From Candidatus Sumerlaeia bacterium (GTDB lineage Bacteria > Sumerlaeota > Sumerlaeia > SLMS01 > JANRJK01), in assembly GCA_033764015.1 (NCBI GenBank), contig JANRJK010000055.1, positions 64,001-128,000 of the forward strand: a stretch of DNA of 64,000 nucleotides, in the 5' to 3' direction. Of this stretch, positions 38,531 to 49,843 are shown piece by piece (the first letter of the stretch is position 1; each line of letters begins with the position of its first letter). The notes under the pieces were generated by a model, which saw only the letters and a program-made list of their open reading frames with translations, ran no database searches and was not told where the DNA came from. A program made the translations under genes and the position numbers.

Positions 38531-39922
38531 TTACTGCCCCTGCGCGAGCGAGTAGCCGGCCTTGCCGCAGAAGTCCTGCAGCTTCTCGATGTGCATCCAC
38601 TTGAACGACTTGTCCAGCTCCGCGACCGCCGCCATCACGTCGCCGTCGGAGACCTGCCCCGCGGCTTCGTAGCGCACGCGGTGCACGTCGACCAGCACGA
38701 TGTCGGGCGTCGGTCCGGGGAACACCTTGCTGCCGCGGTTGCTGACCATCTTCAGATCGAAGGGCCCCACCTTGGCCGGCATCGCGGGGATGCCGGTGTG
38801 CTCGACGAAGAAGTCGAAACCCTTGAGCGCGCGCCCCGCGGGCACGCTGGTGACCGCGTCCGCCGCGCGGGTGAAGGAGCCGGCGCTGGCGGCCACCGTG
38901 TAGCCCGTGATCGCGGTCGCCTGGCTGATCTGGCGGCAGACCGCTTCGGCGAACTCGCGGGTGCCGAGCTCGCCGCCAAGGTCGCGCGTGCGCTTGCCCG
39001 ATTCGAGCGTCGCGATGACGGCGCGCTCGATCATGTCCGCGTGCGCGAGGAAGCCCATGTGGCGCAGCATCGCGATCGTCGAGAGCAGCATCGCCGTCGG
39101 GTTCGCCATGTTCTTGCCGGCGATGTCCGGCGCGCTGCCGTGGACCGCCTCGAAGACCGCGCGCCCGTCGCCGATGTTGCCGCCCGGCGCCACGCCGAGG
39201 CCGCCCACGAGGCCGGCGCAAAGGTCGCTCACGATGTCGCCGAACAGGTTCGGCAGCACCATCACGTCGAACTGCCCGGGCTTCGAGACGAGCTGCATGC
39301 AGCAGTTGTCGACGATGATGTCGCTCGCCTCGATCTGCGGGTACTCCTTCGCCACCTCGTAGAACATCTCCATGAAGAGGCCGTCGGTGATCTTCATGAT
39401 GTTGGCTTTGTGGACGCAGGTGACCTTCTTGCGCTGCTGCGCGGCGGCCATCTCGAAGGCGTAGCGCGCGATGCGCTTCGAGCCCGGCCGCGTGATCAGG
39501 CGCAGGCACTGGGCCACGTCGTTCGACTGCATGTGCTCGATGCCGCCGTAGGTGTCCTCGATGTTCTCGCGGACGATGATGAGGTCGACGCCGGCGATCG
39601 GCGCCTTCACGCCGGGGAGCGTGCGCGAGGGGCGCACGTTGGCGAACAGCTCGAGCGCCTTGCGGATCGTGACGTTCACGCTCTTGTGGCCGCCGCCGAC
39701 CGGTGTGGTGGTCGGCCCCTTCAGCGCCACGCCGACGGCCTTGATGCGCTCGATCGTCTCCTGCGGGCACCCGTGGCCGGTCCGCTCGATGGCGCCCAGC
39801 CCGGCGTCCGCCGCCACCCATTCGATCGGCGCCTCGGCGGCGTCGACGATGTCGCGCACCGCGGCGGAAATCTCCGGGCCGATGCCGTCGCCTTCGATCA
39901 ACACGACCTGACGCTTGCTCAT
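38531..39922 (-). CDS. icd: Isocitrate dehydrogenase with C-terminal extension domain
   Basis: GDGIGPEI, KSVNVTIRK, HKANIMK, NLFGDIVSD, EAVHGSAPDIAG; C-terminal MVSNRG..WMHIEKL. Confidence 0.88.
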   Translation of the reverse strand: MSKRQVVLIEGDGIGPEISAAVRDIVDAAEAPIEWVAADAGLGAIERTGHGCPQETIERIKAVGVALKGPTTTPVGGGHKSVNVTIRKALELFANVRPSRTLPGVKAPIAGVDLIIVRENIEDTYGGIEHMQSNDVAQCLRLITRPGSKRIARYAFEMAAAQQRKKVTCVHKANIMKITDGLFMEMFYEVAKEYPQIEASDIIVDNCCMQLVSKPGQFDVMVLPNLFGDIVSDLCAGLVGGLGVAPGGNIGDGRAVFEAVHGSAPDIAGKNMANPTAMLLSTIAMLRHMGFLAHADMIERAVIATLESGKRTRDLGGELGTREFAEAVCRQISQATAITGYTVAASAGSFTRAADAVTSVPAGRALKGFDFFVEHTGIPAMPAKVGPFDLKMVSNRGSKVFPGPTPDIVLVDVHRVRYEAAGQVSDGDVMAAVAELDKSFKWMHIEKLQDFCGKAGYSLAQGQ

Positions 39923-40232
39923 GGGTGGACACGTTCCTTCGACGCGGGATGTTGCGCCAACGCTGCGCGCGCCGGAAGCGCGTGGGCGAGAACAAAGCGG
40001 CGGAGCGCGGCGCTTCCCCTTGCATCGCCGCGCCGTCCCTGCTTGCCTTCCACCACCTTGGCGCGCCTCTCCGCGCGCCCGCCCGAGAGGCCGGACCGAT
40101 GCAAGCCACGCTCCGATTCCCAGCTATTGCGAGCGGCGTCCGCTAGACGCCAGCCCCGCCGCCGTCCTCTCCCGGCACGCAGGAGCGCCCGCGCTCCCGC
40201 CCCCCTTTCCCGACAACCACAAGGACTTCGAC

Positions 40233-41585
40233 ATGGGCACGCAGACCCATGAGCGGAGGCTCAACGCCTCCGCCCGCCGCACCGCCGCGGCCACCACCCC
40301 CGCGCGGTCCGGCGACGGCGCCCTCGAGGCGCTCCAGACCCGCTTCTTCGGACGCGTCGAGTCGTCCGTCGCGGACCTCCGCGCGTTCTTCGGCGACGCG
40401 TCCGGGCGCCTCGCCACGCACTCGCTGGACAAGACGCCGCAGGACCTCTACATGCTCCTGCGCGCCCTCCACGCCCTCCTCGACGGCTGGCGCGTGGTGC
40501 GCGAGGAGCGCTACGACCGCCACGCCCCGGCGCTGCTCGAGTACGCCGCCATCGAGACCGCGCCGGACCGCTTCGAGCACGTGCCGCGCGAGGGGCGGCA
40601 GTACTGGCTCGGCCCGGACGGCCGCCGCTTCGCCCTCGACCTCGAGTTCGACGAGGACCCCTCGGGCGAGTGGTCCACCATGGGCTTCGTCCTCGAGCGG
40701 AGCGAGCACCGCTGGCTGCTCGACCTGTTGCCGAAGCTCGAAGCCTGGGCCGATGCGAACCACTACTTCCGTGGACGCGCGATCGACCTCGCCGGCAAGT
40801 TCCTCAAGGGGATCGACGAGGCGTCCTGGGAGGACGTGCTGCTGCCGGCGGAGCTGCGCGCGGCGATCGAGCGCAATTGCATCGGGCTCCTGTCGCACCG
40901 CGAGCTGTACCGGGCCAACGGCGTCCCCCTGCGGCGCGGCATCATCCTCCACGGCCCGCCCGGCACCGGGAAGACCACCATCGGACGGGCGCTCGCGCGG
41001 CGCTGCGGCGTGACGTTCATCCTCGCCACGCCCGGCATGGTCGACGAGCCCCGCACGGTGCGCCGCGCGTTCGAATGGGCCCGGCGCCTCGGGCCCGCGA
41101 TCCTCTTCTTCGAGGACTTCGACCTCGTGGCGAAGAACCGCGAGGAGGGCGGCGGCAGCGTCCTCGGCGAGTTCCTCTCCTGCCTCGACGGCGTGGACTG
41201 TTCCGAAGGGATCATCACGGTGGTCACCACGAACAAGCTCTCCGCCATCGACCCGGCGCTGCGGAACCGCCCGAACCGCCTAGACGTGGTGCTCGAGGTG
41301 CCGCCGCTCGAGACGTCCCTCCGCGGCGAGATGCTCCGGCGCTGGCGCGAGCGCTCCGGCGGCTCCTTCGACGAGGGCCGCTGGGCGGAGAAGACGAAGG
41401 GCCAGACCGGCGCGCAGTTGCAGGAACTGCTCCGCTGCGCCGTCGTCGCCGCGGTCGAGGAGGCGGTCGCCGCGGGCCGCGCGGAACCGGCCCGCCTCGG
41501 CCTCACCGACGCCCACCTCGAAGCGGCGTGGACGAAGCTGCACCCCGGCCGCGCCCGGCGGATCGGCTTCCACGCCGGCGAATGA
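40233..41585 (+). CDS. AAA+ ATPase (ED-type Walker B)
   Basis: RRGIILHGPPGTGKT, LFFEDFD, TTN, IDPAL..RPNRLD. Confidence 0.85.
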   Translation: MGTQTHERRLNASARRTAAATTPARSGDGALEALQTRFFGRVESSVADLRAFFGDASGRLATHSLDKTPQDLYMLLRALHALLDGWRVVREERYDRHAPALLEYAAIETAPDRFEHVPREGRQYWLGPDGRRFALDLEFDEDPSGEWSTMGFVLERSEHRWLLDLLPKLEAWADANHYFRGRAIDLAGKFLKGIDEASWEDVLLPAELRAAIERNCIGLLSHRELYRANGVPLRRGIILHGPPGTGKTTIGRALARRCGVTFILATPGMVDEPRTVRRAFEWARRLGPAILFFEDFDLVAKNREEGGGSVLGEFLSCLDGVDCSEGIITVVTTNKLSAIDPALRNRPNRLDVVLEVPPLETSLRGEMLRRWRERSGGSFDEGRWAEKTKGQTGAQLQELLRCAVVAAVEEAVAAGRAEPARLGLTDAHLEAAWTKLHPGRARRIGFHAGE

Positions 41586-41811
41586 CAGCAGCCGCACCGC
41601 CCCGGGTCGCGCCGCGCCGCGCGCCCCGGGGCGTGCGCGGCTGGACAGGGGGCGCCGCGGAACGCGGGTCGCCTGTGCGGCGGATAGGCCACGCCTGCCG
41701 CGACGTGGGGACTGAATCCAACTTACGGATACAGGCTATACGAACAACACAACCATTGCGAAAACCCAAGTACCTACCGATGGACCTCGCTGGACAAGGG
41801 TTGCTCGCTAC

Positions 41812-42504
41812 TCACCCCCGCTTATCCCAGGGAGTGTCACGCCAACACGACGCCCCAATCGCGTCTCCGAAGCACCGGCACTGCCCATCAGATAAGCCGT
41901 CAAGGCCTTGAGTCCGGACAACATCAGCGGGAGGCAGGGTGTCCTCCTCATAGAGTCCAATGAAGAGGACGGTCGCCTGCGGTTCTGGTTCCATATCCCC
42001 CACGTCCCTCGCCCCATTATTCTGGTTCTTCGCTTGCTGCGCGAGGTGCTTTTCCCGATCCATTGGGGGTACTTCGCCGGCGAGTGTACGGAGGGCTTCC
42101 ATGACTTCCATTCGGTACCGAATTGGATCCTCGCAGAGCCCCTCGATCTCTTCAAACTCGATTGTGATATACTTCATGCCGGACGACTCGACCGCCTCGG
42201 CGAGAAGCTCGGCGTAACCGCCAAAGTCGAAGCCCGGGTTCATTGCGCAGATGACCTCGCCTGAAGCTCTAAGGTTGGCGAGCGCGTCTTCGACCGTTGC
42301 GACCGGAGCCATCCGGGTCTCCTCATTGTCGCCTTCCCGCAAAGTGAGCGTTTTCATGTCTCCTGGCCGGAAGAGTGCGAACCACAGTGACGGGACGGAG
42401 TACGACTGTTTTGCAATGAGCTGCTCCTTCGACGAGAACGGCTCCCGCCAGGAGGGATACGCTTCCGGATCGTTCGATGCGACCAGATAGGCCCTGTCCG
42501 GCAT
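41812..42504 (-). CDS. Acidic hypothetical protein in lower-GC islet
   Basis: 230-aa ORF, GGAGA RBS, MPDRAYL..VPSLWFALF. Confidence 0.6.
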   Translation of the reverse strand: MPDRAYLVASNDPEAYPSWREPFSSKEQLIAKQSYSVPSLWFALFRPGDMKTLTLREGDNEETRMAPVATVEDALANLRASGEVICAMNPGFDFGGYAELLAEAVESSGMKYITIEFEEIEGLCEDPIRYRMEVMEALRTLAGEVPPMDREKHLAQQAKNQNNGARDVGDMEPEPQATVLFIGLYEEDTLPPADVVRTQGLDGLSDGQCRCFGDAIGASCWRDTPWDKRG

Positions 42505-42821
42505 GGCTAGTCTCCAGCATTGGGGTTCAGATTCCGTCGGAGTGCATAGACCCAGTCGGTCGCGATGCAACTGGAATCAACAAACCACCGGTACGAGGGC
42601 TGGGGGGCTGACTAGCCTACCGTAAGTGGAGCAATCGGCGACTTATCGCCCTCGCCCCTCTTGAGCACGAATCGACACCAAGTGACAGCTCGGACGCAGA
42701 CAGGGAGTGGGGCGCAGGGCCGCGGCGGGAGCGGGGAGCGGTTCGCGGCGCAGAAAGCGCCCCGCCCCGCCTCCACCCCGATTCCCCTCGCGCCCCGGCA
42801 CGGGGTCCGCTCTCCTTGATG

Positions 42822-42986
42822 CATCGCTGGGTGCGGGGCTGAGGAGCCCCTGAGACGCGGTGCCGCCGTTGCGCGGTAAGCCGCGGTGCCCTCGAACCTG
42901 TCGGCGCGGTGTCCTCCCGGGACGCAGGCGCCGATCCGGGCCCCCAAGGCGCCCGGACCGGGTCATGCCGGCGCAGGGAAGCGATG
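42822..42986 (+). ncRNA. TPP riboswitch, variant with insertions
   Basis: P1 catcgct/agcgatg, GGGTGC, CTGAGA, GAACCTG, CCGG-GTCATG-CCGG-CGCAGGGA; directly upstream of thiC. Confidence 0.88.
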
Positions 42987-42991
42987 GTTGA

Positions 42992-45660
<2,669 letters not shown>

Positions 45661-45663
45661 GTC

Positions 45664-45702
45664 CGCGGCGGGCGCGGAGATCTACCGCGGGGAGTAGGGG
45701 CC
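45664..45702 (+). repeat. 39-bp direct repeat, copy 2
   Basis: cgcggcgggcgcggagatctaccgcggggagtaggggcc; 38/39 identical to copy 1. Confidence 0.92.
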
Positions 45703-45827
45703 CGCTTCCTCAGTCCCTTCGGAAGTGAACCGGGCCGGGAGCGCGTGGCTCCCGGCCCGGGGGTTCTGGTGGAGTTGTCTGGCCGGGTTGTGGCCAAGCG
45801 CCCGCGGCCCTACGCTAACTGGCCCGC

Positions 45828-47042
45828 TTAGCGGACTGCAAGGACGCGGAACCCAATGTTGGCAAACCGATCCGACGGCGTGATGTCGAAGCGCTGGGCG
45901 GACCGGCACGCACGGGCGAAGGTGTCCCAGCCGCCGCCGCGAAAAACGCGACTCTTGCCAGAACTAGGCCCCGTGGGATCGGAGACGGTGCCCGGATACG
46001 TGCCGTACCAGTCGGAGCACCGTTCCGAGACGTTCCCGTGCATGTCCTGGAGTCCCCAAGCGTTCGGCGGGTTCTGGCCAACCGTCTTGGTCCCGTCCGG
46101 CGAGTTGTTTCCGCAGTACCACATGTTGGTCTCGCGCTCGCCGCCGGTGGCGCAAAACTCATCCGTGCCTAGGCCGTCGCCGAAGTTGAACCGCGTTGTC
46201 GTCCCCGCACGGGCGGCGTATTCCCATTGTGACTCGGTGGGAAGGCTGAAAGTCCCTGGCTCCGTGATCGCGGCGTCGAGCGCCGGCAGCCACGCGGCGA
46301 TATCGTCGTGGGAGACGTTGTGAACCGGCATCGTCCCGCCAACGAAACTCTGATCTTCCGGGAAGGGTTGAAGGGCGGCCCACTGGTCCTGAGTTACCTC
46401 AGTTCTGCCTAGGTAGAAGTCCTGTGTCAGCGTCACCGTGTGTTGCGTTTCGTCCGTGCCGCGCGAGAGTTCATCCTCCGGCGAGCCCATCGTGAACGTC
46501 CCCGCTGGAATACGAATCAGTTCCATGGTTACTAGCGAGGGAGTTGTCTGGAGCGTAATCGTCCACGTGTCCTGATAGAAGTTGGAGAAGGTGGCGGATG
46601 TATTGCTCGGGATGGTGGTTTCTTCCGGTACCGAGACGGTGACGGTTCCCCCCGTCCCGGTGACGACCAGTGTGTAGAACGTGGAAGAGACGGGCGTGAA
46701 GGCGCCCTTGGTGGCACCAGTCACCGTGACGTCGTCAGCCGTGAAACCAGAGACCGCATTGTCGAAGGTGAAGGTCAGAGTTTGCAGGGCGTTGGCAGTA
46801 ACCGCTCCCGCCGGAGTCGTGGAGTCGATCGTCAGTTGGACGGACTCGAAAGCACTCACCACATCCGCCGCATCCATGGCACCGTCGAGATTGAGATCGT
46901 CGGCTGGTTCCACGGAGCCGATCCCCACGAGCCTCTCGGCGAGTTCGTCCGTCGGGGCCGCTGCCAAGGGGTTGTCCAGCAGGTGGGCGAACACGGTGAG
47001 GGCGAAGAGCCCGAGGACTCTGACGCGAAGCGGTTGAGTCAT
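45828..47042 (-). CDS. Secreted protein: dockerin/EF-hand-like loop, Ig-like domain, FGE-sulfatase (CLec-fold) domain, paralogue A
   Basis: DLNLDGAMDAADVV, IPAGTFTMGS, TEVTQ, LPTESQWEYAARAG, GLQDMHGNV, RGGGW, GFRV. Confidence 0.88.
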   Translation of the reverse strand: MTQPLRVRVLGLFALTVFAHLLDNPLAAAPTDELAERLVGIGSVEPADDLNLDGAMDAADVVSAFESVQLTIDSTTPAGAVTANALQTLTFTFDNAVSGFTADDVTVTGATKGAFTPVSSTFYTLVVTGTGGTVTVSVPEETTIPSNTSATFSNFYQDTWTITLQTTPSLVTMELIRIPAGTFTMGSPEDELSRGTDETQHTVTLTQDFYLGRTEVTQDQWAALQPFPEDQSFVGGTMPVHNVSHDDIAAWLPALDAAITEPGTFSLPTESQWEYAARAGTTTRFNFGDGLGTDEFCATGGERETNMWYCGNNSPDGTKTVGQNPPNAWGLQDMHGNVSERCSDWYGTYPGTVSDPTGPSSGKSRVFRGGGWDTFARACRSAQRFDITPSDRFANIGFRVLAVR

Positions 47043-47112
47043 GGGGGAGGCAATCCGTCGGGTGCTTGAGTGGTCTGGCGAGGCCAAGGCGATGTCGAGA
47101 CCCCTACTTGCC

Positions 47113-47182
47113 GCCCGGCTCAAACAGCAAGGGGAGACCTCGAAGCGGTGGCGATCTCCCTCCGGCCGTCGAACTTCGGGCG
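47113..47182. repeat. ~70-bp conserved upstream element, copy A
   Basis: gcccggctcaaacagcaaggggagacctcgaagcggtggcg..gccgtcgaacttcgggcg; near-identical to 48672-48741. Confidence 0.9.
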
Positions 47183-47214
47183 CAAGATCGGAAAGGATCG
47201 GGGCGTGCCCGCGC

Positions 47215-47327
47215 CGGAGGAGTCCGCCGTGAAGGTTCCCTCGTTGGTACCTGCCACCGATCGCATCCGACGCATCGAAGCCGCCATCCGGCGAGCCGAA
47301 GGTGAAACTCAGACTCTGCTTGGCCGC
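47215..47327 (-). pseudogene. Decayed extra Ig-like domain after paralogue B
   Basis: After the stop: AAKQSLSFTFGSPDGGFDASDAI/VAGTNEGTFTADSS, aligning with the Ig segment of paralogue A. Confidence 0.6.
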
Positions 47328-48608
47328 TTAATGGCCAAGTGCCGTTTCCGCCCTGGTGATGACAGGGGGGGAGGGACGGACTCCGAGGACCCGGAACCCG
47401 ATGCCGTCGAACCGGCCCGAGGGGGGATCGTAGGAGCGCACGGCCGATCGGCAGTACTGGGAGATGTTGCCCCATCCGCCGCCGCGGCGCACTCGGTGGG
47501 TTCCCGATCCGGGCCCCACGGGATCTGTGACGGTGCCCGTCGGATACGCCGCATACCAATCCGAGCACCATTCCCACAAGTTGCCGTGCATGTCCCACAG
47601 GCCCCAGGCGTTCGCGGGCTTTTGGCCCACGAGCTGAGTCGAGGAGCCGGCGTTTCCGCAGTACCACATGTTGATCTCACGTCCTCCGCCGGTGGAACAG
47701 TACTCGTCCGTGCTGTAGCCATTGCCAAAGCTGAACCGCGTCGTTGTCCGCGCGCGCGCCGCGTACTCCCACTGCGATTCAGTCGGCAGGCTTAACGTGC
47801 CCGGTTCCGTCACATGGTCGTTGAGCAACTTCATGAAACCCGTCGAGGCATTCATGATATCGTCGTGCGACACGAGGTGAACCGCGCGTGCCTCGCTCCC
47901 CGCGCCTGTTCCGTGCGACTGGCCACCGCTCGGGAAGCTGCCGCAGATCGCCAGCCATTGGGCCTGCGTCACCTCGGTCTTGCCGAGGTAGAAGTCGTGC
48001 GAAATCGTCACTGTGTGCCGCAACTCATCCAATTGGCGCGAACGTTCGTCGTTGGCCGAGCCCATCCTGAAGGTGCCCGCCGGAATCCGGATCAGTTCCA
48101 ACGGCACGGATCCCGGGAGGTTCAGCGTCCAAGTGTCCTGATAGAAGTTGGAGAACGACGCCCCCACACTAGAGGGGCCGACTGCAGAGTCCGCGACCTG
48201 CGCCGTGAAGATCCCCCCGATGCCCTCGACGAGCATCCAGTACAGGTCGCCCTCCCCGCCAAAATCCACTTTGGTCGCCCCCGCGAGGGACACGTCGGAA
48301 TCGGTGAAGCCCTGCACCGGCTGGTCGAACCGAAAGGTCAGTGTCTGGAATCTCTCGGCGCTCACCGCGCCAGCCGGCGTTGTCGAGGTGATCGTCAATT
48401 CCACAACACCCAGCAGAGTACTCACGACGTCCGCCGCATCCACCACACCGTCGGCATTTTGATCGTCGGCCGGTTCCACGGAGCCGATTCCCACGAGTCG
48501 GTCGGCGAGTTCGTCCGCCGGGGTCGCTCCCAAAGGACTACCGAGCAGGTGGGCGAACAGGACGAGGGCGAAGAGGCCAAGGGGATTAACGCGACGCGGT
48601 TGAGTCAT
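47328..48608 (-). CDS. Secreted dockerin-like/Ig/FGE-sulfatase protein, paralogue B
   Basis: Same motifs as paralogue A; DQNADGVVDAADVV; C-terminal extension. Confidence 0.88.
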   Translation of the reverse strand: MTQPRRVNPLGLFALVLFAHLLGSPLGATPADELADRLVGIGSVEPADDQNADGVVDAADVVSTLLGVVELTITSTTPAGAVSAERFQTLTFRFDQPVQGFTDSDVSLAGATKVDFGGEGDLYWMLVEGIGGIFTAQVADSAVGPSSVGASFSNFYQDTWTLNLPGSVPLELIRIPAGTFRMGSANDERSRQLDELRHTVTISHDFYLGKTEVTQAQWLAICGSFPSGGQSHGTGAGSEARAVHLVSHDDIMNASTGFMKLLNDHVTEPGTLSLPTESQWEYAARARTTTRFSFGNGYSTDEYCSTGGGREINMWYCGNAGSSTQLVGQKPANAWGLWDMHGNLWEWCSDWYAAYPTGTVTDPVGPGSGTHRVRRGGGWGNISQYCRSAVRSYDPPSGRFDGIGFRVLGVRPSPPVITRAETALGH

Positions 48609-48671
48609 GATGAGGCGCTCCCTAGAATGCTTCAGAGGTCTACCAACACCAACGCAGACCTCTTACGCCTA

Positions 48672-48741
48672 GCCCGGCTCAAACAGCAAGGGGAGACCTC
48701 GAAGCGGTGGCGGATCTCCCCTGGCCGTCGAACTTCGGGCG
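48672..48741. repeat. ~70-bp conserved upstream element, copy B
   Basis: Near-identical to 47113-47182. Confidence 0.9.
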
Positions 48742-48851
48742 GGCGCAACGCTGCGGCCGCATCGCGCGCAAGGGGTGCCGAGGACGGGTGGGCTTGCACC
48801 GGAGCACTCGCGGGGGCCCGCTTGTCCATACACTTGCACGGAGGCGCCGCG

Positions 48852-49808
48852 ATGCTTGGCATCCGCTATCTGAAGGCCGAGCCCACCACGTTCGTCATGC
48901 GGTACGCGCGGGGCGAGGTGGCGAAGAAGGGCGCCGGGCTGTCGTTCTTCTACTACGCCCCGTCGACCAGCGTGGTGCTGGTGCCGCTCGAAAGCCAGGA
49001 CGTGCCCTTCGCCTTCCAGGAGCTGTCGGCGGACTACCAGCAGCTCACGGTGCAGGGCGCGCTGACGTTCCGCGTGGTGGACCCGGAGCGGCTGGCGTCG
49101 ATCCTCAACTTCTCCGTGAACAGGTTCCAGCGCTACCAGACGAACGACCCGGAGAAGGTGCGCGCGCGCCTGATCAACGTGGTCCAGGAACGCACGCGCA
49201 CGGTGCTGCGGCGCCTCGCGATGCGCGAGGCGGTGATGGCGGGCGACCAGATCGGCGCCGAGGTGATGGCGGCGATGCGCGAGGTCCCGATGCTCCGCGA
49301 GCACGGCCTCGGCGTGATCGGGCTCACCATCGCGCACGTCAGCGCGACCCCGGAGATGACCCGCGCGCTCGAAGCGGAGGCCCGCGAGGAACTGCAGCGC
49401 AAGGCGGACGAGGCTGTGTACGCGCGCCGCAACGCGGCGGTCGAGCAGGAGCGCCGCATCAAGGATTCGGAAATGGCCACGGAGATAATGGTCGAGGAGA
49501 AGAAGCGCCAGATCCGCGAGACGCAGATCGCCGCCGACATCGCGGTCGAGGAGCAGCGCGCCCGCCTGCTCGAAATGCAGAGCCGGAACGACCGCGAGGC
49601 CGCCGACACGCGCGCCTACGCGCTCGAGGCGGCGCTGAAGCCGCTGCGCGCCACGGACTGGAGGACGCTGGTCGCCGCGAACGGAGCCGATCCGCAGACG
49701 ATGATCGCGCTCGCCTTCCGCGACATGGCCGACAACGCCGGCAGGATCGGCGAGCTCAACATCACGTCCGAGCTGCTGACCTCGCTGCTCCGCAAGCCGA
49801 AGGGTTGA
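48852..49808 (+). CDS. SPFH/Band-7 domain protein (type usually found in NrtR regulons)
   Basis: GAGLSFFYYAP, ALEAEAREELQRKADEAVYARRNAAVEQERRI, IGELNIT. Confidence 0.8.
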   Translation: MLGIRYLKAEPTTFVMRYARGEVAKKGAGLSFFYYAPSTSVVLVPLESQDVPFAFQELSADYQQLTVQGALTFRVVDPERLASILNFSVNRFQRYQTNDPEKVRARLINVVQERTRTVLRRLAMREAVMAGDQIGAEVMAAMREVPMLREHGLGVIGLTIAHVSATPEMTRALEAEAREELQRKADEAVYARRNAAVEQERRIKDSEMATEIMVEEKKRQIRETQIAADIAVEEQRARLLEMQSRNDREAADTRAYALEAALKPLRATDWRTLVAANGADPQTMIALAFRDMADNAGRIGELNITSELLTSLLRKPKG

Positions 49809-49843
49809 CCGCGCCGACGGGCGCGCGCCGGGGGGCTCCGGGC

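Noticed and set aside
41721..42627. Terminal inverted repeat (acttacgg / ccgtaagt) around the lower-GC islet
   Set aside because: Only 8 bp exact, extension needs several gaps, no transposase or target duplication
45828..48608. Complete DGR, or true formylglycine-generating enzymes
   Set aside because: No RT or template repeat in the window; the catalytic Cys pair motif of real FGE is absent
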